A stretch of 63,800 nucleotides of DNA, filler included. It is 6 parts of 6 records of this genome, joined end to end, with 100 filler letters (N's around TTAATTAATTAA, not from the genome) between each part and the next. Parts side by side here need not be neighbours in the genome. Positions count along the whole stretch, not along the records: positions 52,192 to 58,665 come from SRR31147125_8356; positions 58,766 to 63,800 come from SRR31147125_8463; 4 more parts are not named here. The stretch is one strand, 5' to 3'. Below the pieces are notes generated by a model. The model had not been told where the DNA came from. It saw only the letters and a list, made by a program, of their open reading frames with translations, and did no database searches. The translations under genes and the position numbers were made by a program. Numbering within the stretch: position 1 is the stretch's first letter; each line of letters starts with the position of its first letter. Positions 52,245 to 61,700 of the stretch are shown piece after piece.

Positions 52245-53159
52245 TTAATGGTGCATATCCCGCGACTGGATCTCTTTCACATAATCCCTGATTTTCTCTT
52301 TGGGGTAGATTCCCTCTTCGGTCACCAGGAAGTCGACCATATCCAGGTCCAGCATGTCGTGGGAGTATGTGGTGAGCACATAGCTGGTGTTGTTTTGAAC
52401 CGTGGTGATCCGCTTCTCGTGGATGCGCTGGTCTTCGGAGAGGCCGTGGGAGAATTTGAGCGTGTTGGCGAAGAGGTAGACCGGTATCTTGTGAAAGTGG
52501 CACAGGCTGGCGATGTTGGCCGTGCCGACGGCCGAGACGATTTTTAGATCGTGGGTGATGGAGAGGGCGCCGGTGAACATCTTGTTGGCCTTGCCGATGT
52601 AATGGCTCAACGAAAATTCGGGAACGGTCTCCAGTTCGACTTCGGCCAGTTTCAGGATGTCGATCAGCTTTTTGGTCTTGATGAAATCCTGTTTGAGCAC
52701 GATCACTTTGACGTTTCTGTCCATCACCTCTTTGGCCAGGGCGATCATCCTGGTGACGTCGGAGCTGGCGGTATGCATCACGAGCACATCACCGTCGTCG
52801 ATGCAGTCCAGTCCAAGCTGGATGATTTTGGCGACCTTATCTTTAAGTCTGTCGTGCTTGGCTTGCAGGATTTCGCACGCTTTGTTCAGTGTCTGCTCCT
52901 CATCCGTGCCGAAATGGGGAGCCATCTCTCGTTCGAACTCTTCGACCAGGTGAATCAGCGGGATGATTTTAGGTCGCGTGTTCTTTATGGCTTCGGCCAG
53001 ATCCGCATATTCATCGCGGATGTCGGTAGAACTGCACTTGAGCTCCTGGATGGCGTTTTTAAAGGCCTGCAGGGCCAGCATGCTGGCGCGCGAGGAGCCG
53101 ACCAGGTCTTCATGGTCGCGGATCAATCGGCATAAAATGGTTTTATCAGCTTCATTCAT
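52245..53159 (-). CDS. eIF-2B alpha/beta/delta (IF-2B/MtnA/RBPI) family-like protein, divergent
   Basis: TRP helix motif, IDDGDVLVMH, GT..IA.....HKIPVY....TLKF, VDFLVTEEG. Confidence 0.82.
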   Translation of the reverse strand: MNEADKTILCRLIRDHEDLVGSSRASMLALQAFKNAIQELKCSSTDIRDEYADLAEAIKNTRPKIIPLIHLVEEFEREMAPHFGTDEEQTLNKACEILQAKHDRLKDKVAKIIQLGLDCIDDGDVLVMHTASSDVTRMIALAKEVMDRNVKVIVLKQDFIKTKKLIDILKLAEVELETVPEFSLSHYIGKANKMFTGALSITHDLKIVSAVGTANIASLCHFHKIPVYLFANTLKFSHGLSEDQRIHEKRITTVQNNTSYVLTTYSHDMLDLDMVDFLVTEEGIYPKEKIRDYVKEIQSRDMHH

Positions 53160-53192
53160 AATCAACTCGCAAGCTATTCATGAATTAAAAGA

Positions 53193-54500
53193 TTATGGCA
53201 ATGTCAGTCGCAGGTAGATCATCAGATAGATGGATGCGATGATCAGGGTAATTATGGTAATCACGGCGCTGAACTTCATGAAGTCCATGAAGGAGATGTC
53301 GACCTTGAAGCGTTTGGCCATTCCCACAGTGACGATATTGGCCGATGCGCCGATCATGGTGAAGTTGCCGCCCAGGCAGGCGCCCAGCGCCAGGGCCCAC
53401 CACAGGACGTTGTGAGGGATGGGGGTCGTCTCCAGAATCAACCGCACAATGGGGATCATGGTTATGGTGAAGGGAATGTTGTCCAGAAAGCCGGAGACGA
53501 TGCCTGACACCCACAGCACCATCAGTACGATCACGTAGGGGTTGTCGCCCACGCGCAGGAAAATATTGTGGGCAATCCACTCGATGACGCCCTTCTCCTC
53601 GAGTACGCCCACCAGGATGAAGAGGCCGGCGAAAAAGAGCAGCGTGCTCCATTCGATCTCTTCGAGCATATGTTCCACGTCCACCCGTGTGATGACGAAG
53701 AGCACCATGGCCATCAGCAAGGCCACCACGCCAGGTGACAGTTTGGTGATGGTCTGGGTGATGAAAAGCGCGATGGTGATGAGCAGGCAAGAGAGGCTCT
53801 TGATCAGAAAGACCCGATCGATCTTGGTGCTCAGGAAGTCATAGCGAATTTTTTCCAGCAGCAACTGGACGGAAAAGAGCTTGCCCAGGTCGGTGTCGAT
53901 CGGCTTGAACTTGGAGCGATTGGCGACCCATATATAGGCCAGCACCACCGCGAAACAGACGATAACCGGTGGAGACAAGTTGAAAATGAACTGGTTGAAG
54001 GTGAGGCCCACTTTGGAGCCGATGATGATATTGGGCGGGTCGCCGATCAGGGTGGCCGTACCGCCCACATTCGAAATGACCGCCTGACTGATCACATAGA
54101 TCTTGGGGTCGAGCCCCATCCCTTTGGTCAGCTCGATGACGATGGGCACGATGATCAGGACGGTGGTGACGTTGTCCAGAAAGGCCGAGAGCACTGCCGT
54201 GACAATTGAAAAAAGAATTAGTATCTTGAGCGGACTGCCTTTGGTCAACTCAGCAATTTTGACCGAAAGGATCGTGAAAAATCCAGATTTTCGCAAGATG
54301 GCCACGATGGACATCATGCCCAGCAGCAGCATGATGGTTTCGAAATCGATGAACTCGACCGCCTGATGCTCGGAGATGACATGCAGGGACAAAATCACCA
54401 TGACACCCAGCAGGGCTGCCACGGCTTTGTTCACCAGCTCAAATGAAATCACCGCGTAGACAATGACGAAGACAACTATTGGAATTAGAGCCCCTTCCAT
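53193..54500 (-). CDS. ArsB/NhaD-family (P-protein/OCA2-like) ion transporter
   Basis: SAFLDNVTT, SNVGGTATLIGDPPNIII, LDNIPF, GGNFTMIGASAN. Confidence 0.92.
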   Translation of the reverse strand: MEGALIPIVVFVIVYAVISFELVNKAVAALLGVMVILSLHVISEHQAVEFIDFETIMLLLGMMSIVAILRKSGFFTILSVKIAELTKGSPLKILILFSIVTAVLSAFLDNVTTVLIIVPIVIELTKGMGLDPKIYVISQAVISNVGGTATLIGDPPNIIIGSKVGLTFNQFIFNLSPPVIVCFAVVLAYIWVANRSKFKPIDTDLGKLFSVQLLLEKIRYDFLSTKIDRVFLIKSLSCLLITIALFITQTITKLSPGVVALLMAMVLFVITRVDVEHMLEEIEWSTLLFFAGLFILVGVLEEKGVIEWIAHNIFLRVGDNPYVIVLMVLWVSGIVSGFLDNIPFTITMIPIVRLILETTPIPHNVLWWALALGACLGGNFTMIGASANIVTVGMAKRFKVDISFMDFMKFSAVITIITLIIASIYLMIYLRLTLP

Positions 54501-54815
54501 GATGGTTCAACCTTCCCTGTCGCGTGATAAAGAGTGATTTGGTTCAGTCTTTTCAATGGTTTAGCAAAACGAGTCCTATATCGCTATTCTTGAACGGTGT
54601 CAATGTTCGATTTGTGCCAAAACCCGGCAGGCTGGATAAAGGGGTGGTTTCACCTATACTTTTGTGATCGTTGATCTCACGTGTCCTGCGTATGAAGTCT
54701 ATTTAGAGCGAGTGAAGCCGAGAGAATGGATTTTGACGCTCTTCCTATCTATAAGGTTGTCAACTGCCGGATAACATTATAAGTTACACCCACTTTAAAC
54801 GGGGAATTGAAAGAG

Positions 54816-55628
54816 ATGAAGGTTACCATTCTGGGATCGGGCACCTGTGTGCCGCGTTTGTCGCGAAGTGCCAGCAGCATGTTGGTCGAGACCGGCAGGG
54901 CAAAGATACTCGTCGACCTGGGGCCGGGCACCATGCACCGGCTGCTCGAGTATGGTCTTACCATCTTCGATCTGACCCATATTTTTTTAACCCACTTCCA
55001 TCCCGACCACACCTCGGAGCTGGTGCCCCTGCTCTTTGCCACCAAGTATCCCGATGGCGCTGCGCGGACCCGGCAACTGACCATTGCCGGCGGTGCTGGG
55101 CTGAAGCGGTTTTATCAGGGGCTGCGGGCTGCATACGATCAATGGATCCTTCTGCCTGAGGAGCAAATGGTGCTGCGGGAGATCGACACTTTGGCCGGGG
55201 AGGTACTCACTTTTGAAGAGGGTTTCAAGGTGACCGCACGGCCGGTCGACCATCGGCCCGAGAGCTTGGCCTATCGCTTTTCCGATTCGATTGGCAACGT
55301 GGTGGCCTATTCGGGTGATAGCAATGCGTGCGATGCCTTGGTAGGGGTGGCCCGTGGGGTAGATCTGTTCATCTGCGAGTCGGCCATGCCCGATGCGCTC
55401 CAGGTGCCCGGGCACATGACCCCTTCGCTGGCCGGTCGCATGGCCGCCCAGGCCGGTGCCAAACGCCTGGTGTTGACCCATCTCTATCCCGAGTGTGACG
55501 GACAGGATCTTGTCAAACAGGCCGGCCGCACGTATAAAGGTCCGGTGATGGTCGCCGAGGATCTGCTCTCTTTTGTCCTGGAGGGGGCTAACCCTAAAGG
55601 GGTCCGCAAGGGTGGTTCCCGGCCATAG
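54816..55628 (+). CDS. MBL-fold metallo-hydrolase (RNase Z/AtsA-like)
   Basis: ILGSGT, THFHPDH, YSGD, GHMTP, LTHLYP. Confidence 0.88.
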   Translation: MKVTILGSGTCVPRLSRSASSMLVETGRAKILVDLGPGTMHRLLEYGLTIFDLTHIFLTHFHPDHTSELVPLLFATKYPDGAARTRQLTIAGGAGLKRFYQGLRAAYDQWILLPEEQMVLREIDTLAGEVLTFEEGFKVTARPVDHRPESLAYRFSDSIGNVVAYSGDSNACDALVGVARGVDLFICESAMPDALQVPGHMTPSLAGRMAAQAGAKRLVLTHLYPECDGQDLVKQAGRTYKGPVMVAEDLLSFVLEGANPKGVRKGGSRP

Positions 55629-55656
55629 CGCTGCTGAAGGAGCAAAAGGTAATCTT

Positions 55657-56349
55657 ATGAGATACTATCCGGTCGGTTTGGATATCAAGGGGCGCGCCTG
55701 CCTGGTGGTGGGGGGCGGCCAGGTGGGCACGCGCAAGGTGAAAACCCTGCTCGAGTGCGGTGCCTGCGTTACAGTGGTCAGTCCTGAAGCCACGCAAGCA
55801 CTGGCGGATCTTGCCGAGCTGGGACGAATCAGTTGGAAAAAACGGGCCTATCGTGCAAGCGATCAACAGGGTACCTTTCTGGTCATCGGCGCCACAGACG
55901 AAGAGACCCTGAACCATGCCGTATATGAGGATGCGGAGCGGGCCGGCCGCCTCTGCAACATTGCCGACCAGCCCGAGCGGTGCAACTTTGTCCTGCCCTC
56001 CATCGTGCGGCAGGGTGATCTGATGATCGCCATCTCCACGGCAGGCAAAAGCCCTGCCTTTGCCAGGTTCATGCGAAAAAAGCTGCAGAAGCAGTTCGGA
56101 CCGGAGTACGGCACGTTTCTGGATCTCATGGGAGCGATACGGCGGCGCCTGCTGGCCGAGGCCCATGCACCCGAAGCGCACAAGCCGATTTTCGAAGAGC
56201 TGATTGAACGGGAGCTCCTTGAGTTGATCCGAAAGAACGACCGCAGCGGGATCGACGCCCTACTGGCCGAAGTGGTGGGGCCGGAATATACCTATGAAAA
56301 CCTGATGACGGCCGATGTCGGCGATAGCCACTCCAGGCCCAAGAGGTAA
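55657..56349 (+). CDS. Precorrin-2 dehydrogenase/sirohydrochlorin ferrochelatase (SirC/Met8/CysG-N)
   Basis: MRYYP, VVGGGQVGTRK, GATD, NIAD.P..CNF, ISTAGKSPA. Confidence 0.92.
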   Translation: MRYYPVGLDIKGRACLVVGGGQVGTRKVKTLLECGACVTVVSPEATQALADLAELGRISWKKRAYRASDQQGTFLVIGATDEETLNHAVYEDAERAGRLCNIADQPERCNFVLPSIVRQGDLMIAISTAGKSPAFARFMRKKLQKQFGPEYGTFLDLMGAIRRRLLAEAHAPEAHKPIFEELIERELLELIRKNDRSGIDALLAEVVGPEYTYENLMTADVGDSHSRPKR

Positions 56350-56359
56350 GGAACGCCTT

Positions 56360-57181
56360 ATGCAGATTGCATTTATCGTGGCCATCCTTTTATATATGCT
56401 CAGCGCTGCCTGCTACTTCGCCTATCTTTTTCTTCAGCGCGATCGTCTGCAGCAAGTGGGCGGCGTTCTGCTCACCGGTGGCTTCATTTGTCAGACGGTT
56501 GCGATTATATGGTCCTTTGCCGTCAGCGGGCATGTGCCGGTCAACAACCTGCACGAAACGCTTACCATGACCGCTTGGGCCGTGGTTGGGGCCTTTCTGG
56601 CACTCAATCTGAAATTTCGAATCAAAATTCTGGGCGTCTATGTTGCGCCCCTGGCGGTTTTCATTCTCCTGATCGCCACCCAGTTTCCCCGCGACCTGAT
56701 CCAGCCGGAGAATATGCTCAAAGGGGTCTGGCTGATCATCCATATCATCACGATCTTCGCCGGGGATGCGGCCTTTGCATTGGCCGCCGGGGTGGGGGTG
56801 CTCTACATGCTTCAGGAACGCAATATCAAGGCCAAGACGCGGGGCTTTTTCTTCAAACGGCTGCCCTCATTGGATTTGCTTGACACCACCGGATATGCAT
56901 GTATTGTTAGCGGTTTTACTCTGCTGACCATCGGATTGGTCACAGGCATGATCTACGCGAAAATATTGTGGGGGCGCTTCTGGAGCTGGGACCCCAAAGA
57001 GGTGTGGTCGGCCATCACCTGGATCTTTTACGCCGTGCACCTGCATGTCCGCCTCGCTCTCGGCTGGCGCGGACGGAGGGCCGCCGTCATGGCCATTGTG
57101 GGGTTGTGCGTGTTGTTGTTTACCTTCCTGGGAGTTAACTTCTTGCTTTCAGGGCATCATGGGCAGTTTACCCGTTATTAA
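56360..57181 (+). CDS. ccsA: Cytochrome c assembly protein (CcsA/HemX-like)
   Basis: WGRFWSWDPKEVWS (WWD domain), multiple TM helices. Confidence 0.9.
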   Translation: MQIAFIVAILLYMLSAACYFAYLFLQRDRLQQVGGVLLTGGFICQTVAIIWSFAVSGHVPVNNLHETLTMTAWAVVGAFLALNLKFRIKILGVYVAPLAVFILLIATQFPRDLIQPENMLKGVWLIIHIITIFAGDAAFALAAGVGVLYMLQERNIKAKTRGFFFKRLPSLDLLDTTGYACIVSGFTLLTIGLVTGMIYAKILWGRFWSWDPKEVWSAITWIFYAVHLHVRLALGWRGRRAAVMAIVGLCVLLFTFLGVNFLLSGHHGQFTRY

Positions 57182-57275
57182 CAGATACATGATGTGCAGG
57201 AGTCGCGGTCGGACAGAGATATTGCTGTATCGTAAGATGCTTAAATAGTGGATTTTAATTCGGCAACTGAATTTT

Positions 57276-58543
57276 ATGGATAAACTCATCCTCATCGGGC
57301 TGAATCATAAAACGGCCCCCATCGAGATACGAGAGTGCTTCGCCTTCTCCGATGAGGATGCACGCAGCGCGCTTACCGCCCTGTGTGCAGAGCAGGCGAT
57401 CGATGAAGCGGTGCTGCTCTCGACCTGCAACCGTGTGGAGCTGATTTTGGTTGCCGCCGACATTGCTGAAGCCGTTGAGAGGGCCAAGGGGTTTCTGGCC
57501 CGAACCAAACAGGTGCCCCTCGATCGATTCGACGAGAGCCTCTACATCCACAACGGAGAGGAGGCGGTCCGCCACCTGTTTCGCGTGGCGGCCAGTCTTG
57601 ACAGCATGGTGCTGGGCGAACCCCAGATCCTCGGCCAGGTCAAGGCCGCCTACCGTGCGGCCACCGAGCAGAAAACCTCAGGTGTCATCCTCAACCGCCT
57701 CCTGCACCGCACCTTTTTCGTTGCAAAGCGGATTCGCACCGAAACCGGTATCGGCGACCATGCCGTATCGATCAGTTATGCCGCCATCGAGTTGGCCCGC
57801 AAAATCTTCGGCAGCCTGCGCAAAAAGAAGGTGCTGCTCATTGGTGCAGGCGAGATGGCCGAACTGGCGGTCGAGCATCTAATTCGCAATCGTGCCGATT
57901 CGGTATTCGTGGCCAATCGGACATTTGAAAGGGGTATGGAATTGGCTGCCCGCTACAAGGGCACCGCCATCCGTTTCGAAGAGATCATGCCCCATCTGGA
58001 GCAGGTCGATATCATCATCAGCTCCACCGGCTCCCAGGAGTATATTCTGCGACCCTCCGACGCCAAAGGCATCATGCGCCATCGCCGCAACCGGCCGCTC
58101 TTTTTCATCGATATCGCCGTGCCGCGCGACATCGATCCGCGCATCAACCTGATCGACAACGCCTATGTTTACGATATCGACGACCTGAACGAGGTGGTGG
58201 ACGACAATATCCAGGATCGTCAACGGGAGGCGAGCAAGGCCGACCGCATCATCGACGCGGCCATCATCCAGTTCCGGCAGTGGTATGAGAGCCTCAATGT
58301 GGTGCCCACCATCAAGGCGCTGCATGCCAAAATAAGGGGGTAACCCAACGGGAGGTGGAGAAAACCCTGGGACAGATGCCCCACCTGACACCGGAGGACC
58401 GGCGGGCCATCGAGCGGATGATGGCGGCTGCTGTGAGCAAGATCCTGCACCACCCCACCCGCTATCTGAAAAGCGACGGGTGCATGGGCGACCGCTCGGC
58501 CTCGCTGGATGTTGCGCGAAAGCTGTTTAAGTTGGATGATTAG
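57276..58543 (+). CDS. hemA: Glutamyl-tRNA reductase; frameshift in G run at 58336-58340
   Basis: GLNHKTAP, LSTCNRVE, SLDSMVLGEPQILGQVK, GAGEM, DIAVPRD; C-terminus continues in ORF 58355-58543 (KILHHP). Confidence 0.94.
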
Positions 58544-58665
58544 CGGTTGTGGACGATTTGGTGCCGGCTTCGTTTCGAAGCATTACCGGCGTCTGTTTTT
58601 CAAACGAGTTTAAAGTGTTAAGTCAATGTCATTAGCTTAAGGGAATATCGATGCCAATCGTACTC

Positions 58666-58765
58666 NNNNNNNNNNNNNNNNNNNNNNNNNNNNNNNNNNN
58701 NNNNNNNNNTTAATTAATTAANNNNNNNNNNNNNNNNNNNNNNNNNNNNNNNNNNNNNNNNNNNN
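58666..58765. other. Artificial contig spacer
   Basis: N-run with TTAATTAATTAA. Confidence 0.99.
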
Positions 58766-61700
58766 GGATTTGATGATGAAAAACATTTACAGTCTGAATG
58801 CTTATCAGTTAACAAATGACGACTTTGTTCTGGATGTACTTTACTTGAATGATTCAACAGGAACAAACATAAATTACCTCCCGGAATCAAACCTTGAAGG
58901 GCATATCCTGATAAATGTATTAAATGTTGACAACTTAAATTCGCAGCTTGATCCCACTAGCGATGGTGCTTTCGACTATATTGAAGGGGTGACTGTGGAT
59001 TCGGAGTCTGGGAGGATTATTTTCCCCGTTGTTGAACCGTTTGGTAGTCATTTAGCCGATTCAATTTCCGATCCTCAATTAGTTGATAAATATGTTTATC
59101 AATCTCTTTATGACTCTACCCAAACCGTAGCAGAACAAGATGCTGAGCATAATAAATACATTCTGAAAGGAGCTATAAAGGATCGTCTAGCTCTGAAATT
59201 TCTTTAGGAACTTTAAATGTGGCTCGCGGTTCTGTGCGTGTAACTGCAGGTGGACGAGAGCTAGTTGAAAACATTGACTATACGGTTGACTATACCTTAG
59301 GAAGGGTGAAAATTATCAATCAGGCATTGATGGAGTCGGGTACACCTATTCAAATTTCAACAGAAAGTGAAGATTTGTTTAGTGCGCAACGAAAAACCAT
59401 GTTGGGGGCTTATGCAAATTATACGTTTTCAGAGAATTTCAACATGGGTGCAACTGTATTGCACATGAGTGAACGACCGCTTACTCAGAAAGTTAGTTAT
59501 GGAGAAGATCCGATATCAAACACCATGCTTGGTGTTGATTTAAGCTATACCACACAGTCTCAGTTATTGACTACTTTGGTTGATAAGTTACCATTCATAC
59601 AAACAAAAGAACCTTCTTCCATTACAGCAGAAGCTGAATTTGCACAATTATTGCCAGGGCATTCTAAGGTGATTGATGATGCCGGAACAGTATATATTGA
59701 TGACTTTGAAGCCACGAAGACATCCTTGGATCTAAAATCCCGACAAGCATGGGTACTTGCAAGTACTCCGCAAAAACAAACTAATCTTTTTCCTGAAGGT
59801 GATTTGAATAATGACTTGGCTTACGGGTTTAACCGGGCAAAATTGGCTTGGTATGTTATTGATCCGTTGTTCTTAAGAAACAATGCCAATACGCCCGATC
59901 ATATTCGCAACGATAAAAACCAGCAATCAAATCACTTGGTGCGTGAAGTTTTTGAGCGAGAAATTTTCCCGAACAGGCAAACACCAACAGGAGTCCCAAC
60001 TAATATTCCGGTTCTTGATCTGGCGTATTATCCCAGTGAAAAAGGACCTTATAACTACGATACTCAAGCAAACTCCTATTCTGCTGGTATAAATCCTGAT
60101 GGAACACTGGCTTTTCCAGAATCACGCTGGGGTGGTATTATGCGAGAAATTCAAACACCTGATTTTGAAGCTGCAAATATTGAATTCATTGAATTTTGGG
60201 TAATGGATCCATTTGTAAATGATACCATCGGAGAACTGGATGGTGGTGATCTGTATTTTAACTTGGGGGATATTTCAGAAGATGTGTTGAAAGATTCTCG
60301 TAAAGGGTATGAAAATGGATTACCCGAGACTGAGTTACTGACTGATGTGGACACGACACTGTGGGGCTTGGTTTCGCAGAAACAACAAATTACAGAAGGC
60401 TTTGTAACCGATAATGCAGCGCGTCCAAATCAGGATGTTGGGTTTGATGGATTGACCGATGCTAACGAGCAAACCTTCTTCAGTGACTATCTACAAACCT
60501 TGCAGACCATCATCCTGAACCAGGATGCTTTTCAGGAAGCATTTCAAGATCCATCGAGCGATAACTATAACTATTACCGAGATTCTGATTATGATCAAGA
60601 AGAGTTGAGTATTCTCGAACGATATAAAAAATACAACGGCCCGGAAGGAAACTCAGTAACCTCCGATAATTCTACTGAATCATATACCACTTCGGCATCA
60701 ACAATGCCCGATGTAGAGGATATTAATGATGATAATACCTTGAATGAGTACGAGCGTTATTACCAATATCGAGTTAGCCTTCATCCAGATAGCATGAATA
60801 TTGAGCATAAATATATTACCGATATTAAAGAAGCTTCTGTTGAGCTGGAAAACGGGCAGATTGGCGATGTACGCTGGTTTCAATTTAAGATTCCGGTAAA
60901 GCAACCCGATCAGGCTTTTGGCTCAATTAGTGACTTTAAATCCATCCGTTTTTTAAGGATGTTCTTAAAAGAATTTAATCATCCGGTAGTTTTGCGTTTT
61001 GCGAGTCTTGATCTTGTTCGTGCAGATTGGCGCAAGTATACTCAGGATTTGGACAATACTTCTATTTCAACAGCTGAGACTGAATTTGATGTTTCTGCTG
61101 TAAACATTGAAGAAAATGGAAATCGTGAACCTGTAAATTATATCCTTCCTCCTGATATTGACCGTGTGATTGATCCTGCAAATCCGCAATTAAGGGAATT
61201 GAATGAGCAGTCGCTTGTGTTAAAAGTGGTTGATTTGGGAATGGAGGATGCCAAAGCTGCGTATAAGAATATTTACATGGACTTCCGTCAGTATAAACGA
61301 TTGAGGATGGAGGTTCATGCTGAAGAAATAGAAGGTTATCCTTTGGAGGATGAAGAACTTCAGTTTTTTATCCGCATGGGATCTGATTATAAATTTAATT
61401 ATTACGAATACGAGATTCCGTTAAAACTTACTGCTCCAGACTTATACAGTGGAGATGTAATTCAGGATCGTTATGCGGTTTGGCCGGATGAAAACCGGGT
61501 TAATATTCCACTTGAATTATTTACAGATGCCAAACAGGCTAGGAATTCAGAATTGAGACAAGCTAATTCTTCGATAAGAATTAATGAACCATATTCTGTT
61601 AATCATACCGATGATTTTGGGAATCAGCGTTTGGTAACTGTAAAAGGTAGCCCGAATCTGGGGAATGTTGAGGTAATGATGGTTGGTGTGAGACATAAGC

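Noticed and set aside
54600-54680. Sigma-54 promoter (minus-strand TGGCAC) or CRP/Rex site (TTGTGA...TCAC)
   Set aside because: No TTGC at -12, and the half-site spacing is wrong for CRP/Rex
52144-58453. Many overlapping antisense and alternate-frame ORFs in the GC-rich contig
   Set aside because: They are shadow ORFs of well-supported genes, expected at high GC, with no motifs
16296-58765. Recurrent TTAATTAATTAA motif as a biological repeat
   Set aside because: It is always centred in a 100-nt N spacer and is a six-frame-stop assembly linker
57276-59207. Pseudogenes or programmed frameshifting in hemA and sprA (also yesM and GTs)
   Set aside because: Single indels, mostly in homopolymer runs, across unrelated contigs with otherwise intact sequence point to sequencing error
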